Positions 12,161-24,912 of a DNA stretch of 64,000 nucleotides are shown one piece after another. Below the pieces are notes generated by a model. It was not told the origin of the DNA. It ran no database searches and saw nothing but the letters and a program-made list of their open reading frames with translations. Position 1 is the first letter of the stretch. Each line of letters begins with the position of its first letter. The stretch lies in contig NC_045696.1 of NCBI RefSeq assembly GCF_009834535.1, positions 21,020,001 to 21,084,000 on the forward strand. Direction: 5' to 3'. Both the position numbers and the translations under genes were made by a program. This stretch comes from Camelus ferus (taxonomy: Eukaryota).

Positions 12161-14964
12161 AAGGACCCAGAAATGTTGGGCCAACTTGTGAGGCAAAGTT
12201 GCTTAAGCCTGTAGGTCAAATTCTCCTTTTAAAAATGCCTCTTACTTGCTTCAGTTGAATGATTTTCTGGTTGAATGAGTCCCTCTCCACGGAACTTTCA
12301 TTTTTTATATATGTTAATTATTTCAGACAGGTAAGAATCTAGGTCAGTTACCTAAGAGATATTTTAAAATTTTAATAGGACGTAATTGATTTAAAATTTC
12401 AACTCTTGGAAAATATTCTTTTTTGTTGTTATTATTTCCTAATTCTAAAGAATATATCATAGAATCATCTTCTTGTCAATCTTCTATACTATGTGTAGGT
12501 GCTGAAGGAAAGGTAACTAGAACTAATTCCACATTTGCTCTTTACTACATAGCAAAGTTATTTCACAATATCTTATTTAATCATTACTATGACATAAAGA
12601 TTTGTTCCTTATTTTCACTTGAGAGATTAAAGTTTATTCCCAAAAAAGCAAAAGTCTCATATGATCAAATTGACATGTGAGTGTAGGAAGCAGGGCTTTA
12701 CTATAACTCATGCACATCACTAAGCAGGATGTAGATTTCATAAGGTTAAAAGAACACTTTAAACATTTATGATAGCAGCACTGCTGTTCAGAGCTATCAA
12801 CAATGGAACTGACTTTCCCTCTTGGTAATAAACTATCAATTACTGGAAACTCTCACTCTGGCAATGACTTTGCCATTACTTTTGCAGAAGTATTTTTACT
12901 TGGAACAAGGCATTGTCTCTGGACACCTGAAAGAAATATGATTTTTCTTACTGTGTCACCATGTTTTATAAGACATATGGCATTATGAAATAAAATGAAT
13001 GCCTTTTGAGTCATAATATATTGTTTCAAGTGAACATTTACCTAACTAAACAGCAGGGGGAGATGACGAGAATAACATTTCTGTCATTTAAAAAATTAAT
13101 GCCAGCCTTTAATTACGACTTACACGGCACTTTGGGAAACTTTGAGTTAAAGGGTTGCAATTTTTCTTCTTTAACAAGAGAGGTGACCTCAGCCTTCACT
13201 AAGTGCTTAGTGGAAGCATTTAGCACAGCAAAATTGTAAGAGCATCCCAAGAGAAAATGAACTGCCATTGATATCAATGCCCTTTATAGAAAAGGAACTT
13301 CAAAACACATTTTACCTTAGTAAAAGAATGGAGATGGACCTGATTAACTCCAAGCTAATCAAAAGAGTTGGCCAAAACACTAAGTGGGATATTCTCAAAG
13401 CTTCTTTTAAACAAAAGTAATCAAGAATCTCTATCATGCTAATGACTTTTATCGCAAGGTTCTGAAAGCTCTGTACACTTAGTCAAAGGTGTTATTTCAA
13501 GATATAGGTTGCCCTTAGCCTGGTTTCTACCATGTACTTGCCTTTCACAATGCTACCAATATAGAATTCTAAGTTTTATTCAGAAGTTCTCAACTTGAGA
13601 ATCTCAGAGGGCACAAAGGGCTTTGTTAAAACAAAAAAACAGAGTAGAAAAATAACAAAGTTATATATGAACATCTGCATGTATCTGTTTATTTATTCAT
13701 ATATTGATTTGACAAATGATCATATGCAAAAATAAAATTAGTCAGTGTCAGCACCAAGAAATAAGTTGAACCTGCTTAGTGTTATAAAACTTCTTGCATA
13801 CTCAATGGATAGCACATTATCTTCAACGAATGAAATTCCAGGGAAATTTTTTTGACTATCGCTAATATTAGTTAATGGTTATCTCATAATAAATATCACA
13901 AAAGTAAACTTATTTGATCCATACTGTTATTTTAATATCCTCACAGAAATTATATATGTATCCAAATCTAAGTTCCTACTTTTTAACTGAGGGTATTTTT
14001 GAAGAAAAACAGTAAAGGCATTTGGTTTAAAATGGTGATGCTAAATAGCCCAAATCCACTAATTTCCTCTAGTGATTATATAAAAAAAATTAGAATAAGG
14101 TTCAAGATGATTCTTTTTATTCATGTCTTTGCTGCTTAGCTTTGTGTCTTAGTTATTTCATCCCTTGTTTACAATTAATAAAAATCAACTTGAATTAATC
14201 TAAGTAAAATTCCACAAGGTTCCACAAAGGAATCTCCTGGAATCCAAGAGGAGATATGTAGTAGAACCTCAAAAAGGGACTGAAACCAGAGGAAGCCATC
14301 AGGATTTTATCAGTCAGTCCCCTCAGCACTAGTTACCAACAATAAAATACTTTTTTAAGCTACAGTAGTTTGCTGTTTTCATTTTGACATGACTAAAGAA
14401 TAAATTCTGCTAGATTTTTTGGCAACTCAAAATATCAGATCATTTAATTCTTTGGGTAAGTAATTTTTTTCTACTTTGCAAGCCTTCTCAGATACATGCA
14501 CAAAAAATCTCACACAAGTGTTCTACTGAGCACAAACTCTCAGCATTTTTTTTTTTGAGAGTACAAACATTCAAAATGTTTACTTGTAAATCCTAAAATA
14601 CACTTACTAATCTTGGAAAAGTCATTGTGTTTACCATAAGACTTTGCCTAATCCTGCTATATTACTGCATAGCCTCAGGTGTACACAGAAATATCTGTGT
14701 ATAAGAAACAGTTCTGAGTACATATTTGTAGGAAATTGAAATAAGATTTCTTATGTGCCTAATCTTCTTGGGAAAAGATGCTTTATATGCAATTCAATAT
14801 CATCTATTCTTCTGGGTAATGAAACTGATCAATATCTTATGGGCTCTAAAATTTCTACCAAGTTCAACAAGGTAATATCCTGTGATCACTGTAATGAAGA
14901 GTCATTTTATTCTCAGCAAAACAGCATTGCCTTCAGGGATAAGCTGCATATTCATGAATGCTTT

Positions 14965-15354
14965 TTCTAACTGAATGTCTTAAAACTACAATGATTGTAG
15001 ATTTGAAAGAAGTTGCAAAAATAGTACAGAGAGGTCCCATGTGTCCCTCACCCAGCTTCCAGTTGCCACATCTTATACAACTATAGATCAACATCAAAAC
15101 TAGCCAATTGATGTTGCTGTCATCCAGAGAGTTTATTCAGATTTTTTATTATTTCTGAGTGTTGTGTTTGTATGTTTTTATTACATGAATAAAGATATGT
15201 AATTACCACAGTCAAGATGCAAAATTGTTCAATTGTCATGGAGACCTTCCCTCTGTTATCTTTTTATAATTACACCCACTCTCTTCCTGCTCTGTCTCTA
15301 AACTTTGGCAACTACTAATCTGCACCCTGTCTGGATAATTTTTGCCATTTCAAG
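14965..15354 (-). mobile_element. LINE-1 3' end (L1MB/L1MC-like), part 1
   Basis: 'agttgcaaaaatagtacagagaggtcccatgtgtccctcacccagcttcc...ggcaactactaatctg...ttttgccatttcaag' is a typical L1 3' UTR in reverse. Confidence 0.8.
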
Positions 15355-15831
15355 TATATTCCAGAGGCTTGGGCTGCAGACATAGCGCTGGGGAACCATG
15401 TCCCCAGGGCACCATTCCTGGGATCACCAGCCCTGCTGCTGATGAACCCATGGAAGCCAACCAGAACCACCTGCACAAGAATGCAGAAGATAAGCCAGTT
15501 TGAGATGGACATTTAAAAGACCTGCATCAGGTTAAAGGGTCACCTGGGCATTATGAAAGTTATGCTGGGCAGGTGTTAGGTCCATCCTCTCGCTTCTTCA
15601 TTCAGTGCACCTGTTCCCCCATCTTCTTTGTGAACACCAGCAGGTACCTCCATCCACTGAGGCAAGAGCTGTCACCCCAAGGAGAATGACTGCAGTGGAG
15701 GGCCAGGAATGATCCCCTTGCTCTTCTAACCCATCATGGGTGTACAGTAGAAAAGCTCCACTCCCCTCCTTCTCCAAGAAAAGCAAAAGCCACCTTTAAT
15801 TTAAAGCCAAGGAAGATAAGGTATGGTGGAG
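15355..15831. other. Unclassified GC-richer insert splitting the L1
   Basis: The L1 reads ...ccatttcaag | aatgttatataaat... across the gap. The intervening ~477 bp has different composition and no poly(A) or clear TSD. Confidence 0.65.
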
Positions 15832-17460
15832 AATGTTATATAAATAAATTTATAAAGTGTCTAACATTATGGGATTTGCTTTTTTCTACTCAGGATAATT
15901 CTCTAGAGATCCATCAAAATTGTATATATGGGTAGTTCCTTTTTATTGCTGAGTAGTATTTCATAATATAGATATACCAGTTCACTTAATGATTTATTTG
16001 TTGAAGAATATCTGGAAGGATTAAAGTGTGGTGCTGTTATGAATAAATCTACTTTGAACATTCAAGTACAGTTTTTTGTGTGTGTATGTGAACATGTTTC
16101 CGTTTCTCAGAGTTTAATGCCAAGAATGCAACTGCTGGGTTGTAGAGTCCTGGTTAGATTTTTTAAGAAACTACCAATTCTACTCAATTCTTAAATAAAA
16201 CTACATATTTGCTCCATATGTTTGTTTATTTAAAAATGGGAATGTGCTGGTAAGTTTCCCTTTATTATTTATTTACAGACCAACATGGGGAAAAATGGAA
16301 TAGTTACTCCGCTGAGTCTTCTAATCCATGAACATGGTGTACCATACCATTAAGACTGTTTAGTTCTTCATCAATTTCTTTCATTAGTAATTTGTAGTTC
16401 TCATTACATAAGTCCTGTACATCTTTTATCATATTTATATCAAAGGATTATCTTTTGAGCAATAATAATCATTATTGTGTTTTTAATTTAAACTTCCATA
16501 GGCTCATTGCTAGTGTACAGAAATAGAACTGATTTTTGTGTGTTGACCTTACTTTAGTTTTTGAAGTTTTTGTGTAATTTCCTTGGGCTTTTCTACATAT
16601 ATCATCATCTCATGTGTGAATAGGGACTGCTTTATTTATTTATTTTCTTTCCAATCTGTGTACCTTTTATTTTCCTTTTGCCTATTTCCCTGACAAAGAC
16701 TTCCAGACTATGTAGAGATGATGCAGAATATCTTTTCCTTGTTCTTAATTTAAGAAGAAAATATTTAATCATTAAACATTTAGTCACTTAGTCATTAATC
16801 ATTAAATGTGTTAGTTCTAGTGTTTTTATACACCTCCTTTATCAAGTTGAGGAAGTTTCTCTCTATTTTTAATTTATTCAGAGTTTTTAGCACTAGTGGT
16901 TGTTAAATTTTGTCAAATTTTTTTCCATATAAATTGAAATATATGTTTAATTTTTCTACTTTAGTTTATTGATATTATAAATTATATTGATTGATTTTAG
17001 AATACCAAGCCAGCTTTGCATCTCTGGAATAAAACTCTCTTGGTCATAGATTATAATTAATTTTACATATTGCTGAATTTGATTTGCTATCCATTTTTTG
17101 AGGATTATTGTACCTATGATCATGAGAGATACTGGTCTGCAGTCTTATTTATTTATTTTTGAACTGCTCCTGTCTGATTTTGGAGTCAGGGTAATTTATA
17201 AAATGAGCTGGGGAGTATTCCTTCTTTTATTTTCAAAAAGAGATTGTGTAAAATTGGTGTTAATTATTTGGTAAGCTTTTAGTAGGCTTCTTTGGTGCAA
17301 CCATCTGTATTTGGAGTTTTCATTTTTGGGGAGAATTTTCTAACTAAAGAAATAAATTCAATTTAAAAAATAGATACAAGCAATCTAATATTGGTTCAGT
17401 TTTAGTAGTTTGTACCTTTTAAGGAATTGATTTTTATCACCCCCTGAATAGGTTTCTGTT
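15832..17460 (-). mobile_element. LINE-1 (3' UTR and ORF2 remnants), part 2
   Basis: T-rich L1 antisense signatures: 'ttttattgctgagtagtatt', 'ctaatccatgaacatgg', 'tttatcaagttgaggaagttt', 'gagagatactggtctgcagt'. Confidence 0.8.
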
Positions 17461-18569
17461 TCATTTGAACCTCAGTATCTCTTTTATTTAATTTAAAAAT
17501 AATTCCATAATCTCTCCTGGTAGACATATTTTTAAATCTATGCCCTTTGCTTGCATTTTGCTTTGCTTTGCATTTAGGTTTGCTTTGCATTTCTCAGTAA
17601 AGTTTGAATTCTTGCCATATAGAGACTCCACATATCCCTCCTGCTATCCACCTATGAAAAAAACGGAAATTTATTTTAGCCATTGTGTTATCAGAAAACT
17701 GTATTTCATACTGATAAGTCATAACAGAATCACACTTTCAAAATGATTTTAAGAAAAACCCCAGGGCATGTTTGTTCTGTTTAAAAGGACTGGAAGTACA
17801 GGAATGAAACAAGAGCCATAAATGGAGGTTGACTTGCTTTATGAAGCCAGCGTTCCTCTGTGGTGTTTATCCCAATTTCTACACAATAACTTGAAAATCA
17901 GAGAGCTTTTGCCATCAAGAAAAACAACAAAATGGCTAAAACAAAATAGAAGAAGAAAATCTTTCTTTGAGTCGATGTTCTCTATGTTAAAGTGCATTTG
18001 GCTCTTTAATTTCCTCCTTTTAAATGAAAGTTAAAAACGCATCATGTGTTCTTTCTCAATGTTGCTTAGAAAATTTTACTGTGTTTTTTTTTAAATTGGA
18101 ATTTACAAATAGGAAAAAGTCTGTCAAAATATCTTCAATATTATATCCAGTACTAGTTGAGAATTTTTAAAAAGAAAATGCAACACTGAAATGAAATCAA
18201 AACAAAGTGAAAAAAATTATAATGCTGGAATGATAGGTAATCACAAAGGTGAAGTTTCTAACCACAGAGCTTTTTGTTTAGAGAATGAAAATCTACAATT
18301 GTTTGTCCATATAAAGAGATTCTAGATGGAATTCCTTAATAAAATCAAATTTAGTAAAGGGCAAATTTATTTGATTCCAAACCATGTTTGACAAAAAAAT
18401 GAAATGTTCCACCTACTTTGTCATTATTTTGCAACTTCTTAAATAAGCATACATGAGGAAGCAAAATGAAAGTAATAATTTGGATATGTATCTGTTTATT
18501 TTTCCTTTTAACTGAGTATATCTGATAATTGGAACCAAATCTTGCATTTATTTGCAATTATCACAAAAG

Positions 18570-19030
18570 TGCTGTGACCAAAAAAACAAAACTAACCATC
18601 CCAAAAGTTACTACTAAAAACAATCATCATTTATTCTCATGGGTTTTCAGATCAACTTGGGGTCAGTTGGTCTAAATTGGGTTTAGTTTGATGGCTCTGT
18701 TGACCTTTGTGCTCCCACATGTGCCTGGAGGCTTAGTGGGAATTAGTTAGGATTTGGCTAATCTAGATTTCCCTCCTGAGAAAAACAGTTTAGACCAGAC
18801 CTGTTGTTCTCAGGACAATTTCAGATGTTCTGAAATAGGTGCAATAGTGTAAACGTTTTTCAAGCCTGGGCTTGTTACTTAAATAATCATACCAAAAGGG
18901 AGTTGCATAGCTGAATTTTGAGTCTAGGGGTAGGAAACTATGTCCCTCTCAAGTTGCATTCAAAAGAATGTGAATGTATGATTCTGTTACACAAGAAGGA
19001 GAGAATGTTGAAACAGTACTCATTCTACTA
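18570..19030 (-). mobile_element. Old MaLR LTR (MLT1-type)
   Basis: 'ccatcccaaaagttactactaaaaacaatcatcatttattctcatgggtttt...' resembles an MLT1 3' end in reverse. Highly diverged. Confidence 0.55.
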
Positions 19031-19370
19031 GGTGCCCCAAAGCTTAAAATATGCCTTCATAGTAGATATGTGTACCTGTTATTCTAAGTAGAACTACCAA
19101 GACATTGTTCCATACACATTTGTAGGATCCCCATTAATACGTATGAATAAGAGCCCAAGAAAATCCCTGAAAAAGGTGGGCATGATTAGACAAAGAAGAG
19201 ACTGGTATCTCATTGTCAGGCTTGGTTCTTTGGTTTACTTGGCCTTGATGATCCACTTTTTTGTGATTATTTGAATTGGAAAATCAGAAAAATTGAAGGA
19301 AATGACAGGATAGAAAGGAGAGACTCTTAACTGTCAGCCTACATACCTCCATTTAGTAAGAAAAGAATGC

Positions 19371-19791
19371 TGTGATGGTTAATTTTATGTCAACTTGATT
19401 GAGCCATAGGGAGCCTAGACATTTGCTCAAACAATAGAGTGTGTTTATGAGGGCATTTTGGATGAGATTAACAGTAGACTAAGTAAAGAAAATTGCCCTT
19501 CTACTGCTGATAGTCCTCATCAATTGAAGACTTGAATAGAACAAAAAGACTGAGTAAGAGGGAGTCTGTCTCTGCCTGGATGTCTTCAAGCTGGACATGG
19601 GCTTCCTGTCCTCAGACTTGAACTTGGACTGGAAATATAGCATCAATTCTCCTGGGTCTCCAGCTTGGCAATGCAGATCTTAGGAGTTTTCAACCGACAT
19701 AATCATGAAAGCCAATTCCTTACCATTTATACTATCTACATAATATATCAATATAATATAAATATTCTGTTTCTCTGAAGAATCTCAAAAA
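19371..19791 (+). mobile_element. ERVL LTR (MLT2-type)
   Basis: Starts 'tgtgatggttaattttatgtcaacttga', the canonical MLT2 5' end, and ends 'ttctgtttctctgaagaatct'. Possible 5-bp TSD aatgc (19366-19370 / 19792-19796). Confidence 0.85.
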
Positions 19792-20305
19792 AATGCATTG
19801 ACCAATGTAATACTGAGCTACTAAGGCAAACCATTAAGAGAGCTGGTTACTAAGAGATGAGACACTGCAGTAACTGCATCACAAAAATGAGAGGTGAGAA
19901 GAGACGAAGAGATAAAGCTATACTAATTAAGAACCCATGGAAAGAGGAAGCCCCTCATGGACAGATTTTCAAAGAACTCATACCTGTATGCAGCAAGAAG
20001 CCAAATATTTAGCCATTTGGTACCCAGAGGGTTAAAAAATATCAAGCAAGTAGGGATGACTTCACTAATAGTTAGGTAAGAATTTTGCTTTGTTTTCCTA
20101 ATCCTTCCCATGAATCTCAGATACTCTAAAGGCAGAAAGCATCCTGAAGAGAAAATTGTGGTGAAAGGAAAGTGAGTATCACCAGCCCTTTAACGGTGTG
20201 TTTCCTAAGGTTGAGGCCTCCCTGAACTTTGGAGAAAGAGAAGAGGTCAGTATTGAGTTGGGTAAGCGATTTCAGTTTTAAAATAATTAATTTTGATGTA
20301 ACTTT

Positions 20306-20432
20306 AACTTTTTTTTGATCAATTTATTTAAGCTAAACAAACAAATAAACAAAAAAATTTCACTCATTTCTCCCACCTCCCACCCCTTGCCTCTGACAAC
20401 AACCAATTAGTTCTCTTTATCTATGAGGTTTT
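20306..20432 (-). mobile_element. Short L1 3' fragment (L1MA-like)
   Basis: Poly-T start, then 'tttcactcatttctcccacctcccaccccttgcctctgacaacaaccaattagttctctttatctatgag'. Flanked by an atgtaacttt direct repeat (20296-20305 / 20533-20542). Confidence 0.75.
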
Positions 20433-21799
20433 TAAAATATAACTTATAAAAAAAAGTTACATAAAACTTAAAATTTTAGTTTTTTAAAATTAAAAGTTTT
20501 CCAGAAAGGTTTTGTTTTTCTTTTTGGAACCAATGTAACTTTTCAAAACTAAAAATTTCCAGAAAGTTATAGAGTCCATCCAAGGAAGAGGAAAGGGGAT
20601 GTTAACAAGCACGATCAAAAGCAATAACTGGAAAAAATTGAAACATCATGGTTCTACTCCCTTGAGAGAGAAGAGTCTACTTACTTACCCAAGGCTGGGT
20701 TGGCCTCCTGAAGAACTCCATGAAAAATTGCTCCAATCGAACTGTAAGGCAGTCGATCTACCAGAGAACTGAAGGTAGCAAATCAAGTCACTTATCTATC
20801 ATTCTATATTAGCCACAAGACGAGGCTTTGGCTTTGGTGCCTCACTGCGCCAGAAGAGGGACCCATGTCCTTCCAACTATGAATATTCAGCTGGCAAAAT
20901 AAGGCTGAAGCCAAGGTTCTGTCATTTCATTAGCCATTGAAACCAGCCCCAGACAACAACAGGGAAATATCTTGTGTTTCACCAATTATGAAGATTAAAG
21001 TCTACAGTCTGAAAGTGGGAACCTCTTCCCTAGACACTGAAGTCTTTTTCTGCTACCCAAGTATGCAATGAAAAACAGCCTTGTTCATTTCATTCTGGCA
21101 ACTGAAACTCATTAAAAATGCTCAATGAATGCTCTCAAATATTTAAATAAAAAGAATTAGCATTTAAAAAGAAAAGGAAAACAGAGACTGGTACCTCTAC
21201 AATTGCTTCTCTCTCCGTGTATGCTTCTATTTGTAATTCTTCCCTGGAAAATCCAATCTATGTCTCTCCCCCTAGCTAATGACAACTTACCTTTTAAGAA
21301 TAAACATTCCACCATTGCATTCACTCCAGTGTGACTCTGGCTTGCCTTCCGTTCTTTCATCCAAATCTATGACTAGTGCTCATTTATTTGCTTTCATTTC
21401 AGTATGGGTTTCCCTCTATCAGAGCATCTGTAATGTTGATTTGTGAGAAAGACTGTGCACTTGTTTGCAGGTTTTATTTATGTACTGTGTTTTGACTCTT
21501 CCATAATTTGATATTTGATTTCACCAAACGTGTTCAATACATTCATATTCTTAATGGCTTGCAAAATAACTGAAACATAGTAGAAGCCCAGTGCATCTTG
21601 GTAGAATGCAGTGGTTTCCCTTTTAGGAGCAGTTACGTTGTGTGTATGTGCTGAAAGATATAAATTTGTACTCAAATTATGTTGTAAAACTAACCAAGGG
21701 TGCTTGTAGAATATATTTTCAATCATCTACTTATTATCTATCCTTGCTTCCTTTATTGCCACCACACTCCCCTAGTTTGTTTAGATACCTACCGCCACT

Positions 21800-22190
21800 G
21801 AGTCCTTACTGACCTTAGCTAACCATCTTGGTTTCAGTACAATTATCAGAGAAAGGATTAAATGAGAGATTTGTGATGCAATTCTATGTGGAGAGTAATC
21901 AACTAGAAGCTTTCTATAGGGCTTCTGGGAAGAGTTTCTTTGCTATTATAAAGCAGTAAAGTAAAAGGCTAACTCCCAGAATAAATAAATGAATAAAGAC
22001 TACTACACTAAGAACCCAGTTGGAATCCTAAAATGGTAGGAAACAAAATGACAGCAAACTGGGTCCCTGATGAAGCAAGCAAGTCACAGAATTAAACTCG
22101 GGAGGCACACTTATCTCAGGACTAATACATGACAATAATTTGATTTTTCTTTTGTTTTTTAACCAATGAAGGCAATATTAATTACTACAT
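21800..22190 (+). mobile_element. Old MaLR LTR fragment (MLT1J/K-like)
   Basis: 'ctgggtccctgatga...cacttatctcaggact...catgacaataa' motifs. Very diverged. Confidence 0.4.
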
Positions 22191-24821
22191 TATTTTTCTA
22201 CCAACATTTCAAAAGCAGGCTTATTGAAGTCCTAGATTTAAGTTAGCTATCTGTTTAGGCAATTAGCATAACAAGAATTCAAATCCAAGTCTCTCTTTCC
22301 AGTGCCATTGCTTTTCCATGGCATATAAAATTTGAAGACATCTCAGCAAACCAGTGAGTGGCTGCACTAATTCCAGTGCAGTGGTCTCTGTTTTTCCAAG
22401 CATAAGTACACAAGACATAAACAAATAAACAGCACGTCTCACATATTTTTAGGACTCTCCCCCTGTTATTCCATGACACTGATACCAATGTCAAAACCAA
22501 ACCTTCATCAATGTCAATAATTTTTAACCACCTCCATTTTTAATTCAATACAAGATACAGTTTTTATCCTTGGCTAGCCTGGGCACAAATTTTTTTTTTT
22601 AAGATAAAATTTAAAAGGAACTACTTTTATAGTGACTTCTAACATGTGAATAATATAATTAATGGTTTACTCTATAGTATTCCCAAAGTAGATTTAATGA
22701 TTACAGAGTTGATACCTTGGACTGAAGGGAAACATGAGGAGGAACATTCAGATTGTGTGTAAGTCTGAATACAGATAGTTTTTAAGCGTACATTACTCTC
22801 TATAGATAATACAAATGATGCCCCACTGAGCAGACTTGATGAACCCTAAGAGAGTATATGTATTGAAGAACAAAAAAGATACATTACTTCCTATTTTAGA
22901 AAGACATGAATGTTAAGAAAAACTAACTTAAAACTAGAAAGCTGTTTAGAATTAGAAAACAGCAAAAATGCGTCAAGAAGATACATGCAGTAAGACATGC
23001 CTCTTTTTCCAGCGATCATAAATCAAATACTAAAAGGAAGACCAGACTGTTTAGTGGAAGTACATGGCAGATGGTTATAAATTTGAGATATATGTCAAAT
23101 AAGAAAGAAAAGAAAGACAATTTTACACATAGTTAACTGTATGAAAAGGTCTGCTTCTGAAAAAGGATATTAACTGTATGGTAGTGCTTATCACAGTGTA
23201 ACTGGCTCATCCAGAAAGCAAAGGGTTTCTCTCAGACCATTGCTGGTTCTCAAATTCCAAGCAAGAAGCAGCAATTGCCTTTGCCATATTCCCCAGAGTC
23301 TTTCTTACTTCCATCACCTTGGTCTTGGCTGCACTGACGGTGCACCTTTGCACAGTTCTTTGCTTTATGAAAAGCTCAGAGAGCAATTGAGTACAAGGAG
23401 ATAAAAGAATTCACTTCAAGGTTATGCTTAAACTACGTAACACTGAATTTCACCAATGAGAAGCCTCCTGGTTGGAAATAAAAATTGCACTAAGCAAAAC
23501 AGTTGAGTTCTTTGTGATGAATGATAGAATTTTATACAGGCACTGGAATTTCTTGAAAAAATAGTTGATCAATGCAGGCAAATAATGGAAATTGTTCTAT
23601 TTAGCCTAAATAATATTCAGTAAAATAGCCAGAATAAGAACTTGAGAAAAGTATGTGTCAAATTGTCAATAATCAATATTTAACATCTACATACGGATTA
23701 ATCTTTTACATGTATGACTCATGGGAGATTATCTTCCCTTAAATAATGAACAGAAGCATAATGTGATGAATAGTGAATCCTGTTTAGCTAAATGCTGCCC
23801 AACCACAAAGGGACTATTAATACCAATAAAGGGGCAAGTCAGTCTAAGAAAGTAGAAAACTTCATAATTAAGGGAAGGATATAATGCTAAATAGTTTCAA
23901 AGTATTTGAAAGCAACATACTAGTTGCCTTTTTCAACCTCCCACCGAATATCTCTGCTTGTCATAGAAACACATTTCCAGGTGGACTGAAGTTAGTTTCC
24001 TGACCATTACACAAGAAGATTTAATGTCATTTGTTCCATATCATTTATTAAAATAATTCAATTTTTAAAGAATCTCATCTGATGTTAAAATCCAGATGAA
24101 GATAACACTTGGCAGTTCACATAATGGATGATGCAATGTGCAATTTTTCATTTTCAGAAGCAACAAAAATCAACCTGCCCTTGAAAAGAATTTTACACAT
24201 TTAGACAAAAACAACTGTTAGGACAAAACTCAATGGCGTTTCACTATTGGAGGAATGAATAATTGCCTGCACCAACAGTGCAGTCTGTGGAATCCTTGCA
24301 AGAAATAGATGTGGGGCAATTTTAATGAGACCTTATCAATGGGTTCAAATAAGAGCGGAGAACCTCATGAGTACTTGTATCGTGAAAGTCAGCAGATTGA
24401 AATGACGAGACTGATGAAGGCAGCTTGTCCACTACACTGAAATCATTAGAGTTGAGGCTAAAAAGAGTCTAATATTTTGATTTAATAGCAACATTAAAAG
24501 GACTAAGTAAAATTGAATGACCAAACATGCCAACACTGCCAAAGTTTAAGTGACTTCCCAGTTCTTTTGTTGCAAACTTTTTTGTCCCCGATGCATTCCA
24601 GGAGATCAGTGCCCTGTTGGTGTGCTCTCACATGCCTGTGTGAGTGTGCCATGCGGGTCTGTAAGTCAATGCCATTATTAAACATTCAATGGCTACAGTT
24701 GGAGAGTTTAAACTGTTTCAAGTGAAAACGTTATATTCCCTAATATGGAGGTGTTTTCGATTTCATTTAACACAACATGATTTCCTAGGGGGAAGAGAGG
24801 AAGAATAAAACTTGACTTATC

Positions 24822-24912
24822 CCAAACTCTTAATTTCTCTTTTTATGATCTGAAACTAACACAACATTGTAAATCAACTATATATCTCAATTAAAAAAAT
24901 AAAATTTAAAAG
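24822..24912 (+). mobile_element. Extremely 5'-truncated young L1 with 15-bp TSD
   Basis: 'ctgaaactaacacaacattgtaaatcaactata...caattaaaaaaataaaa' (L1 3' terminus) between exact copies of aaaacttgacttatc (24807-24821 / 24913-24927). Confidence 0.85.
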
